Positions 49,901-62,811 of a stretch of 64,000 nucleotides of DNA are shown piece after piece (position 1 is the first letter of the stretch; the number at the start of each line of letters is the position of its first letter). Source of the stretch: Trichoplax adhaerens (taxonomy: Eukaryota; Animalia; Placozoa); contig NW_002060973.1 in NCBI RefSeq assembly GCF_000150275.1, positions 390,952 to 454,951 on the forward strand, written 5' to 3'. A model generated the notes under the pieces. The model made no database searches. It saw only the letters and a list, made by a program, of their open reading frames with translations, and was not told the DNA's origin. A program made the translations under genes and the position numbers.

Positions 49901-51830
49901 ATCATTGTTTAAGACATTCTCAGAACATTCGGAACAGCATCTTCCAAGCAATGAAAATTTGTCTTGAGACTAGGAAAGCCATGGGGTAAACGGTGTTTTT
50001 ATGTAATAAGGATGTACGAATAGGCCAAGATTTTAATCGCAGTCTCAAAAATATCCTTACGCGACACGATAATATACCAAATGTCGATTGCGTATAAAAT
50101 TTTTATTGAATTTATAATTTTACTTCCTTTAGATAACGCAAGCCAAGTTGCTATGAATAGGTTTTTATTGAGGGTCACAACCTATAAACTCGAAAATTTA
50201 GTTATTAAAATAGAAGATTCTCTAATGTGATACAAATAGATGAGCTCTGCTTCTAACTTTAAAAATATCAATTATTGCAACTCTGTCAGAAAAGAACCAA
50301 TTTTATTATTCTCAAATTAACTGTTCAATGGCTAAAGCAAACAGAGTAATCGACTTATTAAACTCTAGAACAACAATTCCTTACGATTTAAGCACAGTCA
50401 AATACTCCTTTACAATGTTTTACTCAGAAATTAAAGATCACGGTAGTATACAAAAAACACAAATTTACATGGCTTTCAGGTAAAGCTTTTAATGTGCTTG
50501 GAGTAATAAATCTAAGTACACTTTTTCACCAAATCAGTCATCATTACAGTTACTTCGTTAAGCACAACGACTATTCTACGCTACTTAGTGCTTTACTTCT
50601 GTTACAAATCAAATACGTAACGAGAAAATTTAAAATATTACAGCAACTATAGCGCTACGAGTATACTATGAGATTTTTCCTCCCGATATCTACCTCCATT
50701 ATAGTACGACTTTAAATACTAATGATCACCTATCACCAGGAGGAATAATGCCACAAGTCTGTCGTAGGCAAAAATCAACCCAAACTGTATTGAAAATTCA
50801 GTCAATTTCTAGTGTAGTCACAAGATTCTACTTTAGTTGCTACTACTTAAATAGTATTTTCAGACTACCTACTTATCGACTAAAAATACGTAAATTATCA
50901 TAGATAATCTAATATCAATACATTTCTAGATAAGCAATCTTATAAAAACTATGCTACCACTACTACGCCAAAGTTACTCCTTGAACACCTCATATTACTC
51001 TTGCACTTTCAATAAAACTAATTTCTCCAGCGATAAGATGAATCACTGCAAAAATTTAATTACATTTCAAATCAAAGCTACAGATCCAACGACAGAAATT
51101 TATTATAAAAAACGTATGTTTTCTCTTCTAAAAAATTTATCGCAAGAAGTTGCTTTACCATTATCTTCAATAATTAACAATATTGAGTTTGAAAAGCCAT
51201 TAAAACATATGGTGCCTCCTATATATAATTTATAAAATTACAAAATTCCCGGCTACGTTACGATAAACCTTGTAGAATACTTGTACTACGTGGTATTAAA
51301 TCAATATATTATCTTCGGCAAGTTATTCCCATAGAAAAGTATTTGCGAAGAATTGCTATTTCATTCTATTATAGATGACCAATGATATGCACTATACCGA
51401 ATACATAACACTCACTTAAAAGCTGTGCTTGTATTGTGTAGATATAATTTTATTTTCTCAGATCATTAAAATCAATTATTAAAATGAGCCGTTATACAGC
51501 GCTCTATTCGCTTTCACGACAACGCTATTCATTTTCATTCAATTGCTTAATTGCATTACGAGATCAAAAATAACATCGCTGTAATTGAATTATATCGGGT
51601 AGATTAAAATTAACTTTGTTATAAATATTAATATTGTTATATAAAATATTTACAAAATATAAAACCTTCGGTTGATCAATTTCTGTATAAGCTCTCGATA
51701 TAAATTTGATAAATTCTTTCAAACGACAATTTAATGGCTATTTCTTCAATATCCGCATCACGTCAAAACAGTTAGTAATTGCATCCGTAATAAATACCAT
51801 TACTAAATCATCAGCAATAGCTGGGTAATT

Positions 51831-54800
51831 ATGAAACTCTTTATCGTCTTATTTTGGTCAAACATATTCTTTGACTTCCTACTACTGGCATCAGGTAGGG
51901 ATATTTTTCATTGGAATCGTGTCTAATTTTAACTGCTAAAAATTTAACTGTAAAATACCTTCCGTAATTTTGTTCAACGGGTGATATTACGAAAAAGCTT
52001 AACAGCATTGTTAATCGATTTTAAAACCATACGGCAATCATTTATTAATTTAACGAGCAAAATTTCTTGCTCTGTTAAAAGTTGATAATGTTCTAAATTA
52101 GGGAGATTTTTCTTAATTTTTAGTATTGAATCACGAAAATGTAATAGGTTATTAGTGCAAACAGCCTTTCAAGAGGATAACATATTGTGCGATCTGTAAA
52201 TCGTGTTCTTGAATTATGTATCAGTTCCTAATAACTGTGCTATCTTGAATAACTTTCCTCTGCTGGTGGATAACAGAAAAGATTTAGATGCCTCGTATTT
52301 ATGTTAAACGCTAATTTAAGAACTCTCCTTATTACACGCTATACCTAATTTTAATATACTTTTGCAACACTTATTGCTCGTGTGTTATAATTAGTATCTG
52401 GAGCTTTCTAAACAAATCAGATAGAGCATTTACGTGTAAAGACCTAACTACAGACAGCAACATCTACGAATACAGATATGCAATGATTAATATAAAATGA
52501 TTATTTTCGTAATATTTCCCAACAATCTAACGTAAAATGGATGCAATCACAACAGTTTGAATTGTAAACGACTAATTTTTATTGCTGTCCCTAAGTCTCT
52601 CTTGCTCAAATACCCTAGACTTTTATACCTTCAACGACGGATTGTACCGTAAAGTGTCTATAGAATCTAAATACACCTTCCTAATATGACAAAATCTTAA
52701 CTAGAGAGTCTGCAGAGTCTACTTTAAGCCTTTTCAATACTTTAAAGTCCTTGATCATAGGGATTCTTAACTACACTCCTAACACAGTCGTTATTGCAGT
52801 ACTGATGCAATCATGCTTTTGCTCTATTTTGTATCACAGATGTTGTACTTATCGTAGCACTTTTAAAGTGTCAGTGCAAGCAGTAACTGGGGTGCCTGTG
52901 AAATCTACGTTATTTCTTCCTTATGCTTGAAAGTCATAATTACAGAGATTCTAGCTTACACTGTCATGATTTTACTGTATCGCAAGTCTTAGCACTTTCG
53001 AAATATCAGGGCAAGCTCAGGTATACAGTACTAAGTCTGTTGATGCAGACTGGATGTACTAGTATATAATTCATTTCAACTTCATTTGAACTGTTTAATA
53101 ATTTATGTACTAAATCAAGGTTATTTTGATGACCATTATATCTAAATTAGAAGTTGTCTAAACGAGGTTAAGCTCTAAAAGTTATCTTAACGAGTCCTCA
53201 CTAATCTAAATTCTACAATGATCTATCACTGTAACACTTATTAAGCGTACAGTAAATTCTCCTTTATATCAAATCTTTGCTATCGCCATTTATAACTAAT
53301 TCTTGCGAGGCCAACGTCAATCTTTAATGGTGTATACGTATACGCGTACGTATAAAATACCACGTCACCTTATCCGTCTTATGATACTACAATTAAGAAG
53401 TATTAGCCATAAATATGGCGGATCAAATATTATTATGGTGGTTGATTCAATTTCCTTGATACCGTAAAACTTCCTAATATTCGTATAATCAACGCTGCAT
53501 GTAATCTGATGCTCTGCCATGTTTCATAAATCTGGCTATTAGCACTTGCTCGTAAAGAAAAGAATTCTCCTTAAGCAACAAAAATTTTCAAATAGGTCTA
53601 GATTTTCGACCAACGCAACTTGCGGTATCGTAGAGCTAGTCATCAGAGAAGATGTAATACTAGCTCACTACTTGATCGATGCGCAAAATATGCAGTAACT
53701 CCAGTTAGAGATTAGACCTTGTTGGAAACTTAACTGGAACAGAACGAAAACTTTATTTCACAACTAAAGCCTCAGTTTCTAGATGTTATTACGTATGATC
53801 AGGTCATGTAATAGAATAAATTTTAAAGATTTTACGGTAATAGGTTTCATATGCTAAACAGTAGACATTACTGTTTTAGACAAACGTAAACTTCTGCACT
53901 AAATCCGTAGGCTAAGTTATGCTTTTTGCCGAAGTCAATAAGAACAAATATTTGATATCGATATGGACATATCACATTAAATGCATGTAGCTTAGCTGGA
54001 TGGTTGTATTAAATTGAGAACCAAGCAAACAAAATCAATGTTACATTGGTATTTCTTTATTTGTTTATAGTAAATTTTCAACCTATTAATGAAAAACTTG
54101 TTAGGTAACTTGACATAATACAATAATATTGTTATGGCATTGTCACTGTAAAGGAATTAGCGAGGTTTAGCGATACAGCCTTATTTAGGTTAGGAAATAG
54201 TTCATGATTTAGACCATTTATTTCTTGATATAGTAACTCGGTAACTGGGCATACTACAGCATTAGTGTCATGGTGTAGCCTCGCCCTAAAGAATTTAGTG
54301 ACGAAGCATTATTTAGCTTAGGTGATGGTTCATAATTTAGATGATTTTTTCTTAAAATATTACATTATGGCTTCCTCCGGTGCAGCAAATTGATATATAG
54401 TTATGACTAATTCACATCAGATTGTACTTTGGTTTACTATGATATAGATGATTCCGTGAATGAGCATTTTGTAATCTAATTGACTAGTGTAATTTAATTT
54501 ATACTTAGTCTTCAGAAATCAATCCCCAGATATTGACTTATCAATTAAGCATTTATGTACGAATCCTCTAGATGGTTTATAGCGCTATTAGTACTAATTA
54601 TAACTTTAAACTATAGTTGAAATATATAATCTTGACATCGTGTAATAAAACTAGTAATTAGGTTCAATAATGAATACGAAAGTGGAAGGTATATCAACCA
54701 CTATGAATCGTTAAAATTACGTATAACTGCTCCAAGAGTTTCTTATAAAGGTTGATTACCTGACGTATACTGTAGTTCTAGGGTAAGATTTGTAGATTAG

Positions 54801-57800
54801 GCCTTCTTGTTATCTAGTTACATAGCTTGTCTCTGACTGATATACTAGAAGATGCAACTTTAAATTGATTGCTGCATTAAATATGGCTAAATCATTTTAG
54901 AAATATTTACTTTTCTTACTGCATAATAATAGCTTTACAATGTCCTCAAAGTTGCCAATGCACCAATGGTTCCACAATGAAATGTCAAAACCCCCTAATG
55001 AGTACTTTTCCAGCTTTAATGGCAGATATGGTCAATATAACATACTTGTACGTATATTACCTAGCGCTCTTCTGTATAAAGTTCCAAATCTGTATAGATC
55101 TTAACTTTGGTCGAAATTTTTTGTGTTTACACATACGGCGCTTTATGCAAAATCCTACCGTTTGAACAAATACAGCATTTTTTAAGAATTATAATTTAAT
55201 TTCATTATTATTCCAAAATATGGCCATCCACTTCTTGAAATAGACAAATTTCTGGCACAAGCATCCGACATATATATAAAAATAATTTGTCTCATTATTC
55301 AAAGCTGACGTCACTGTAAGTTAAGAAATGTTATATTATCTACTGTGAAAATCGAAATGCCACATAAAAATAAAAAAATGTAGATTTATAGTTTATGATA
55401 ATATTTTGTTTCAATTCCTAAAAATATGAAGCACTACCTTAGGAATTGTTCTTGCTATTAATAAAGTAAATCCTTATCATATTATGATGAAATAGTAAAT
55501 ATTCCAAGTAGGCATATGAAATATAGAAACTTGATAGAGCTCGTGATCGAGATAAACTTTTGGAAGAAATTATTTGTTCCCTCGAATATCCGTATATGAT
55601 AACTTAATCGTAATAATATATCACTGTCACTTAAAATATATTGATAGCGCAGTCAATATGCTTACTACGACAGATAGAGTATATGGGTGAAATAGCAATC
55701 AATAAGAAGAGAAGAGAATTCTGTTTTATTTTGTTTTGTGTGTTAGAACGCGCTCTTTGCAAAGATTACAGTTACTATACCATAGACTAGCGAAATAGTC
55801 ATACGAATTAATGTAAATTTAACATAAGTGCAGTCTTGTTTCTGGTATTGCAAGGGTAGTTGTAACACATTTGTAACGTACCCTTAATTAATAAGCCGTG
55901 GATCGTAAATGGAGGTTATGCGATATCATATCTTTAAAAGTGAAATATATTGCTTGAATCAGATATTTATATAATAACAAGCTAGCGAGTGTTGATGACG
56001 GAGCATTTTCAAATTTGAATAAATTAAAAACCCTGTAAGTAAATTTTTAAGTAAGCCGCATATCGATAATAATTTAAAGTATATGTTAATACAAAAAATA
56101 AATCACTTTTTGCTATTGTAATGAGTGCTTGGAATTCGTTATTATCTTAAATTTACGAGTTATATATTTCGATAAGTATTTTTTAATGATTTGAAATCGA
56201 TTATCGCTTCAGATCCTTGAAAGAAAATCGATTGACGGTCTTAAATTCTTCTCAAATATTTGTCGGTTTGATAAGTTTGAATTACTTGTAAGTTAGATAA
56301 AATTGAAGTTCTACAAGAAATTAATTCGTTTTTCCATTTATGGACAGTAGCTAAGCAAAATAGATAGCACTAACTTACTTTTTCTTTACCAATTTTAATT
56401 CTAATTAAGGGTTCCTTTAGTGCTTTTGCTTAAAATACTTACGGGCATTATTATATTTAATAGTTGGAGAGCAAACTAAAAGATTGCTACTATTATATTA
56501 CATCTTCTAATGAGGAGAGTTTTTAACAAAAGCTCTATATTTATGGATAATATCACTTTACAAAAATTACTGTGAAATTTAAAATTGGTTCTTTGGGTAC
56601 GACTCATAAATGTTATAAAACTAAGATGGTTAATTTTATTTCCATAGATATTTGCAAGATAATAAAATAAAAGCCATCGAAGAAGGCATATTTGCAAGCC
56701 TGAATAATTTACAAAAATTGTAAATTTTGGTAGTATGAAATAATGATATTGTGAGAATAAATAGTTGTTTAAAGTAATATAGCGAATTCAATTACCCTTA
56801 TACATAAAATAGATATGTAAGAGAAGGCAATACGGTACTTATATCAACTGACGGGATGATACACTAACGTAAAATGTAACTTGTAAGAAGTTTATTCAGT
56901 CAGTTTTAGAATTTAGTCTGTATCTATTTAATAAATTATAACTCGACTAATTTGTAAAAAGTCTACTTTCTCTGCTGCATAATTACTGCAATAATAGTTT
57001 GAATTATTATTCATAATTGATACAGGTATTTAAATGAAAATTTATTGAAGTCATTAAGTTCTTCCAGAATCTTTTATGGGCTAAACAAATTGAAGGAATT
57101 GTAAGTAAGATAGCTGTCAATAAATAAACAAGATCATGAAGATTCAGTGTATTTCATTTAAATCAGTTAAGCTACTACATCACTATAACTGAATGACTAT
57201 TATTATAAATATTCGCTAAATGTTTCATATGCATACGCATATATTTTATTTATGAGATATAATATCGAAAAGGATTACTCTATAGTTAATGATCAATGGG
57301 ATCAAAATTGGGCGATTGAAAGTCGATAATTTTAATAGCACGGCAAATACTAGTAAATTTATAATCTATAATCTTTAAAAGAGTTAAGATCGAATGGAGT
57401 GAAGGTAATATCTTCATTTAATTAGATACTTGAATAAAAATTATATCGAGCAAATTGAAGATGAAACATTTACAAGTTTGAAAACCTTAAGAGTGCTGTA
57501 AGTCTTGTAAAAGAGTAAAATGATCCCCGATGTCTTATTGGTTTAATTTAAAGATAATACATCAGATATGTTTGAAAATTTAGCGATTATTTATTGTGGC
57601 GACTATTTATTCATTAATCACATTTTTGATGTGATATTGACCGTTGAAAGAAATAATTAACTTATTGCGTTCTTTCCAAAATGATGCAGTGATTTGCGAG
57701 ACAATTCCTTGAGCGAATTAAACTCTCCAAAGCTATTCAATGGAGTAAAATACTTAAAATATTTGTAAGTCACTATTATGTATTCGGTATATGCATTTAA

Positions 57801-60800
57801 AGTACAGTTTTCATATCCAAAAAAGTAAATTTAAATATAATACCTTCAAGTTTGAGCTCTATTGTAATCTTCTAATGGTATCATGTTACCTGACCTATTT
57901 CGTAGAGACTAGCAACATTTGTTGGGACAGTAATTTCGATACTTTCTTCATCACTACCAACTAATTGAGATTAGTATTTACTATAATGTCACTAGGCGAT
58001 CAGCTGTAGAGAATATCTGTTCTGTAGTCGATTAGTCTAGGCAATGAGTTAAGCCTTCAACTTAGAACAAAATCACAAATCCAATTTATTAACCAAATTG
58101 GCTAACGTTTAAATAGCTATTTTAATGGTGTATGACCGCTTGAACTATATCAATGCCTCTAAGGACTACAATATGATTATTCTAGGAGATATTTCACATA
58201 AAATCTTTCATTCAAGACTTCTGTATACTCTATTCTAGTCCTATTAAATATAGAATTAATATTGGAAATATTTATGATTGTCGTCATTTCTTATCGAACA
58301 CATTTAGTATACGATTTTAAACTAGAATATTCAAATTTTACAAATCAAGTTTATAATATATCGGCATTTAAGGATAGTGTCGGCTAAACTTGTTCCCAAC
58401 ATCTATATCTGGGAATCTACTGCTAAATCTAAGCATTACTATCTAAACCGAATAACATCAATCCAGTTGAGGTTACATCTTTATTAAGAAAACATAAATA
58501 TGATCGATCTTGGTCCTACTGCTAGTATTCACACTATATTTAGTAATAAAATAGCCTAAGAACCTGAATGGCAGTTTTCATGCCCTAATATTATTCAAAT
58601 CTACATACATATGCTATACATATAAGAGCTTGTTACGTTAATTTTGTGTCCTGATATAATAAAATATAGTTGCTATATAAAAGCAGTGAAATTGAAAATT
58701 AAATTATAACTTCTTCTACAACTTGTCGCTTCGCTTCATTGAGCAGCATGTGCGGTAAAGGGGACTCTTAGTCATCGAATAAATTGAAATAAAATAATTC
58801 TCAATCCTACCTTACGTAGAAAATGCTATTACACAAATACTACTAATGGTTTTTCTTTACTTATTTAGATACTTAAGCAACAATAAAATAGGAAAAATTG
58901 CAGAAGGAACTTTTGCGCAATTACCTTTTTTGAACCTAATGTAAATATGAAAGTATTAAATCGTAGAACTTAATTAAGGCCGAATGGCTGAATTTCATCA
59001 TCTAAATTTTGGTACTACTATTGATTTTTGAAATTATTTTGCATTAATAACTAATATAGAACTTTACAAAAAAATTCATTGACCTCTTTAAGTTCCGGAA
59101 TGTTTCTAGGGTTGCGAAATTTATATTACTTGTAAGTTATCATATATAAGTATTAATTCGTTTAAATATGTATAAAAGCTTTCAGAAAGACGTTAAATAA
59201 GTTATCTAGTAATGAATTATTATTCTTGAAGTTATGACTAATAGAAATATTAGGCTTATTGATATCATAACGTGGCAATAATGCAATAATTAGCGAATTC
59301 GCCTAAGAGAAAGGTGTTCTTATTTTTAGTAATCAGTAACTTAAGAACTATATTGCAACATCTAACCTACTTACTACAATAAAGCTAAGGGTTTAAATTA
59401 TCCATTAATTATCAATGTACAGGCCTTTTCATAAGAACGCGGGCATTGTTTTAATTTTTAGTGATTTTTCGAATAAATGCGGGATAAATCGCCGTAACTT
59501 AGTTGAAATAGATTAATATTAGCAACAAAAGGAAGCTAAACTGAAAGAGTAATCAGGAATGCGGAGATTACTATAGGTATAAATTAAAAATAACTATCAA
59601 CAATTCGTGCAAATATTCTCTGCTCTATGAGCTCAAGATGACTTCACACCAGAAAAAGAGAAAATTTAGTACAAGTAATGCAAGATGCTCGAAATAAATC
59701 GTACCACATTATAACCAGTCAATATTAAAGAGATATTGCTAAAGCTGGTTGTTCTTGCACTTAATAACTTGAACGATATATCTTATTCTACTATACTATC
59801 ATACCTCACAATAAAGTCTAGCCAAGCCAAATTAAGATAAAAATCATGTTATTACTATTTATAGAAAGATAGTTCACGTATGCTGTTTATAATAGAAAAA
59901 AAATATTTCATTAAAAGAATCTAATTCTATTGCTCGAAAAGACTTTAAATCCACTTATTCCAATAACATATACACCATGTTCACTTTTGGTCAAGTGATT
60001 TTTTTCTAGGTTTTCAAAGTCTTTTCTTTAATAAATTATTTATCTAAATACTTAACAGATCTACTGCTTCACTAAGACATTATATCTATAATCTAATTTG
60101 TAGTTTATGGAATAGTTAATTTATTGGTTGTTATCACTAGTATCAATCATGGCTCTAGTATACTTAATTAAATAGATTAATATGAGAGTTCACAAAAATT
60201 CGAAATAAAATAAAGATTACGGCTAATGTCTATAATTGGCCATTATAAATTCTATTATTACAGTATTTATCTCACAATCTATTTTACTTAGTACGTTTAA
60301 GTAAATAGTAATCTAGATATAATGCTAGAGCTAAATGAAATATAGCAGTAAGAATTATCAAGAAATGATGATTTATTGAATTAGAAGTTAAATGTTAGGT
60401 TTATAATATAGGATATAGCTGATCTGTTACATCTGCATATACGTAAATGTCCATATTTTATGCAATTAAGTTCTTACAAGACTTCAATAGATTCTCTTTA
60501 TTGTAACTTTAGGTACTTAAACGATAATAAAATTGCTACCATCGAAAATGGAACTTTTGCGTCTTTGCAATATTTGTATTTGCTGTAAGTTACTTTGTAA
60601 TTGTCACGAAAGCAATCGTCGTGACGTTTACTTTATTTTTATGTTACGTTCTGTATATGTTTATATCTCAAAAACGTTTTACGGTTTCCCTAATTGTAAT
60701 TTTAGTCGTTAAGAGGTGGTATCCTTAATTTAGGATAAGATAAACTAAAATAGTAATTGCCATCCAGCTAAACTGGATTGTATCTTTCGACTCCAAAGTT

Positions 60801-62545
60801 GTTAAGGTTCAAAGTACAATTCCTAAGTTTAGAGGAAATGTCTTAGTAGGATAGGTTTATATGTATCCGTTAAACTATTAGTAAGCAATGATTATCTTAA
60901 TACTGCTACAATAAATTTAATAGGATTAGACTGTATCTAATCTGTACAGATAGAATCTCTTAAAGGTATCAATTTGGTCAATTTCTAATAGACGAGGCGA
61001 CTTGTGTAGTTAAACCGGCTTTAGGTACTGAAATCTATGTAAACAGCGAGTTCGCCGACAATAAATTAGATTGAGATTTTCTAGTAAGTTTTGAAGGTCT
61101 GGCTGTGTTAAATTTTATCTGCCTTAGAATACCAATTGTCTGGTATTCCGAATAACAGTAGTATAGGAAAGAAATTACTCTTTCAATCCTTGTTGCTAGT
61201 TAGGGTTATTCCTAGCTTGTAACCGTGTCACAACCAGCTTCGTGACAAGGATAACGTAAAATAAATCTCTAAATCTCTAAAAATCTGCGGATTCAGTATC
61301 CCTACTCACAAGAATTTAGACGCCTTTGATTCTACGTTAAACTCAACTAGACAATTGAGAACTGCTTTATTCAACTATCTGACGGGCTTATATACCCTTC
61401 TACAGCAGCTAACATTCATGAGTCATCCTATAAAAATAGTTAGGTGAGAACATCTACTAACTAATTTTTCACAGTCGGACTACAACATGTTCATTCACAG
61501 AATCATTTCAGTGCACATTACAGCACAGCATTAAATTTACAGTAACGCATTTATAATTAGAGTAATTCCTATTGTAAATAACTAGTTGTAATATATTATC
61601 ACTATATTGTATTAACCAAATTTAGGTAGCTATTTCTTCACGGTAGTTCGTACCGTGACTGACCGTAATTATTTCTTTATCTTCTATACGGAACAAATAT
61701 AATGGTACAAAAAATCGTGTTTGTTTCATGGGCTTGCAGCAAATACAATACCTACGCTAGTCTATTTGGTCATCATAAATAAGTTATTGCAATATTATTT
61801 GAAGCTTTTCGATTAATGACAAATATAGGAGCTTGGAAAGAAATCTGATACGTGCTTTGGATTCTTCTAGGATGTTCGAGAAATTAACAAGATTGCAATA
61901 CTTGTGAGCAAAAAATAAAAGTGAATTTAGATAAGAAATCATCTACAATTCATTAATTACTGATACCGAAAATAGAAAAATTAGAAAAGATTCATCCGTA
62001 ATTGCTACCATCTACAATATTTATATGGTCTCTTAAGAATTGCCAAATTAGTTAATAAGCCTAAGCTGACTATTTTTAATTTATAAACTTTGAAATATGA
62101 AAAATTCGATGCATATGTATCTCATTTTATAGATACATATAAAGTGTTTTAACGAATTGAATTAGTACATAATTATCTTTGAATGTCTATGGAATTGTTA
62201 TTATTATTTCAGATATCTAGGCGAAAATAAGATAGAAAAAATTGCAGACGGAACTTTTGGAAGCCTATACTACTTATACGAGCTGTAAGTTATCAGATCA
62301 TTTGATATATACTCTTAGTTATCAATTTGATGACTTTAAAGCATAATTTACGTCTTAATATGCAGTATGTGTCTACAGACATCAGGTATAAATTTCAGGT
62401 TAAAAATTGATTTTCTTCTTTGATTTACGTTACCTAAGTGACAAAAAAATAATTTTCATACATAATACAGAAATCTACAAAAAAATTTGTTGAAAGATTT
62501 AAATTCTCCGAAAATCTTCGAAGGACTATGGTATTTACAGAATCT
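51831..62545 (+). CDS. LRR-GPCR paralog 3, 5' part (signal peptide, LRRNT, 13 LRR exons); continues into the gap and beyond the window
   Basis: Exons 51831-51894 (MKLFIVLFWSNIFFDFLLLAS), 54933-55047 (LRRNT CPQSCQC), 55244-55315, 55963-56034, 56213-56287, 56648-56719, 57026-57100, 57426-57497, 57690-57764, 58869-58940, 59060-59131, 60513-60584, 61829-61903, 62213-62284, 62471-62545. Collinear with gene 2 exons 1-14. The 7TM is not in the window, so GPCR identity is inferred from paralogy. Confidence 0.87.
60602..61664 (+). mobile_element. Two adjacent or nested solo-LTR-like elements; inner family D copy at 61226-61660
   Basis: Inner copy is similar to 17783-18351 (TSD aaccg/gaccg). Outer element begins TGTCACG at 60602, with gtaat on both flanks. 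Confidence 0.62.
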
Positions 62546-62761
62546 GTACGTTAAATGCTATGTAATTAGCAACAATAAATAATTATAGAAAAATGAAATA
62601 ATTGACGCTAATCTAGTTTACAAAGTTTCATAAGTTGTTTTCATTTCGGCTTTAAAATGATATCAATAACAATACTGTGCTGTTTTTCCTACAGCTAGCT
62701 ATACTTAAAACTAATTACTAATAATTAATTCCCCAGTATGTTTATTAAAATAATTTATTAC

Positions 62762-62811
62762 NNNNNNNNNNNNNNNNNNNNNNNNNNNNNNNNNNNNNNN
62801 NNNNNNNNNNN
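62762..62811. other. Assembly gap (50 N) in gene 3
   Basis: Run of 50 n where the counterparts of gene 2 exons 15-16 are expected. Confidence 0.98.

Noticed and set aside
53331-53355. Palindromic tatacgtatacgcgtacgtata, and (TA)n at about 37148
   Set aside because: Short low-complexity sequence with no supporting context.
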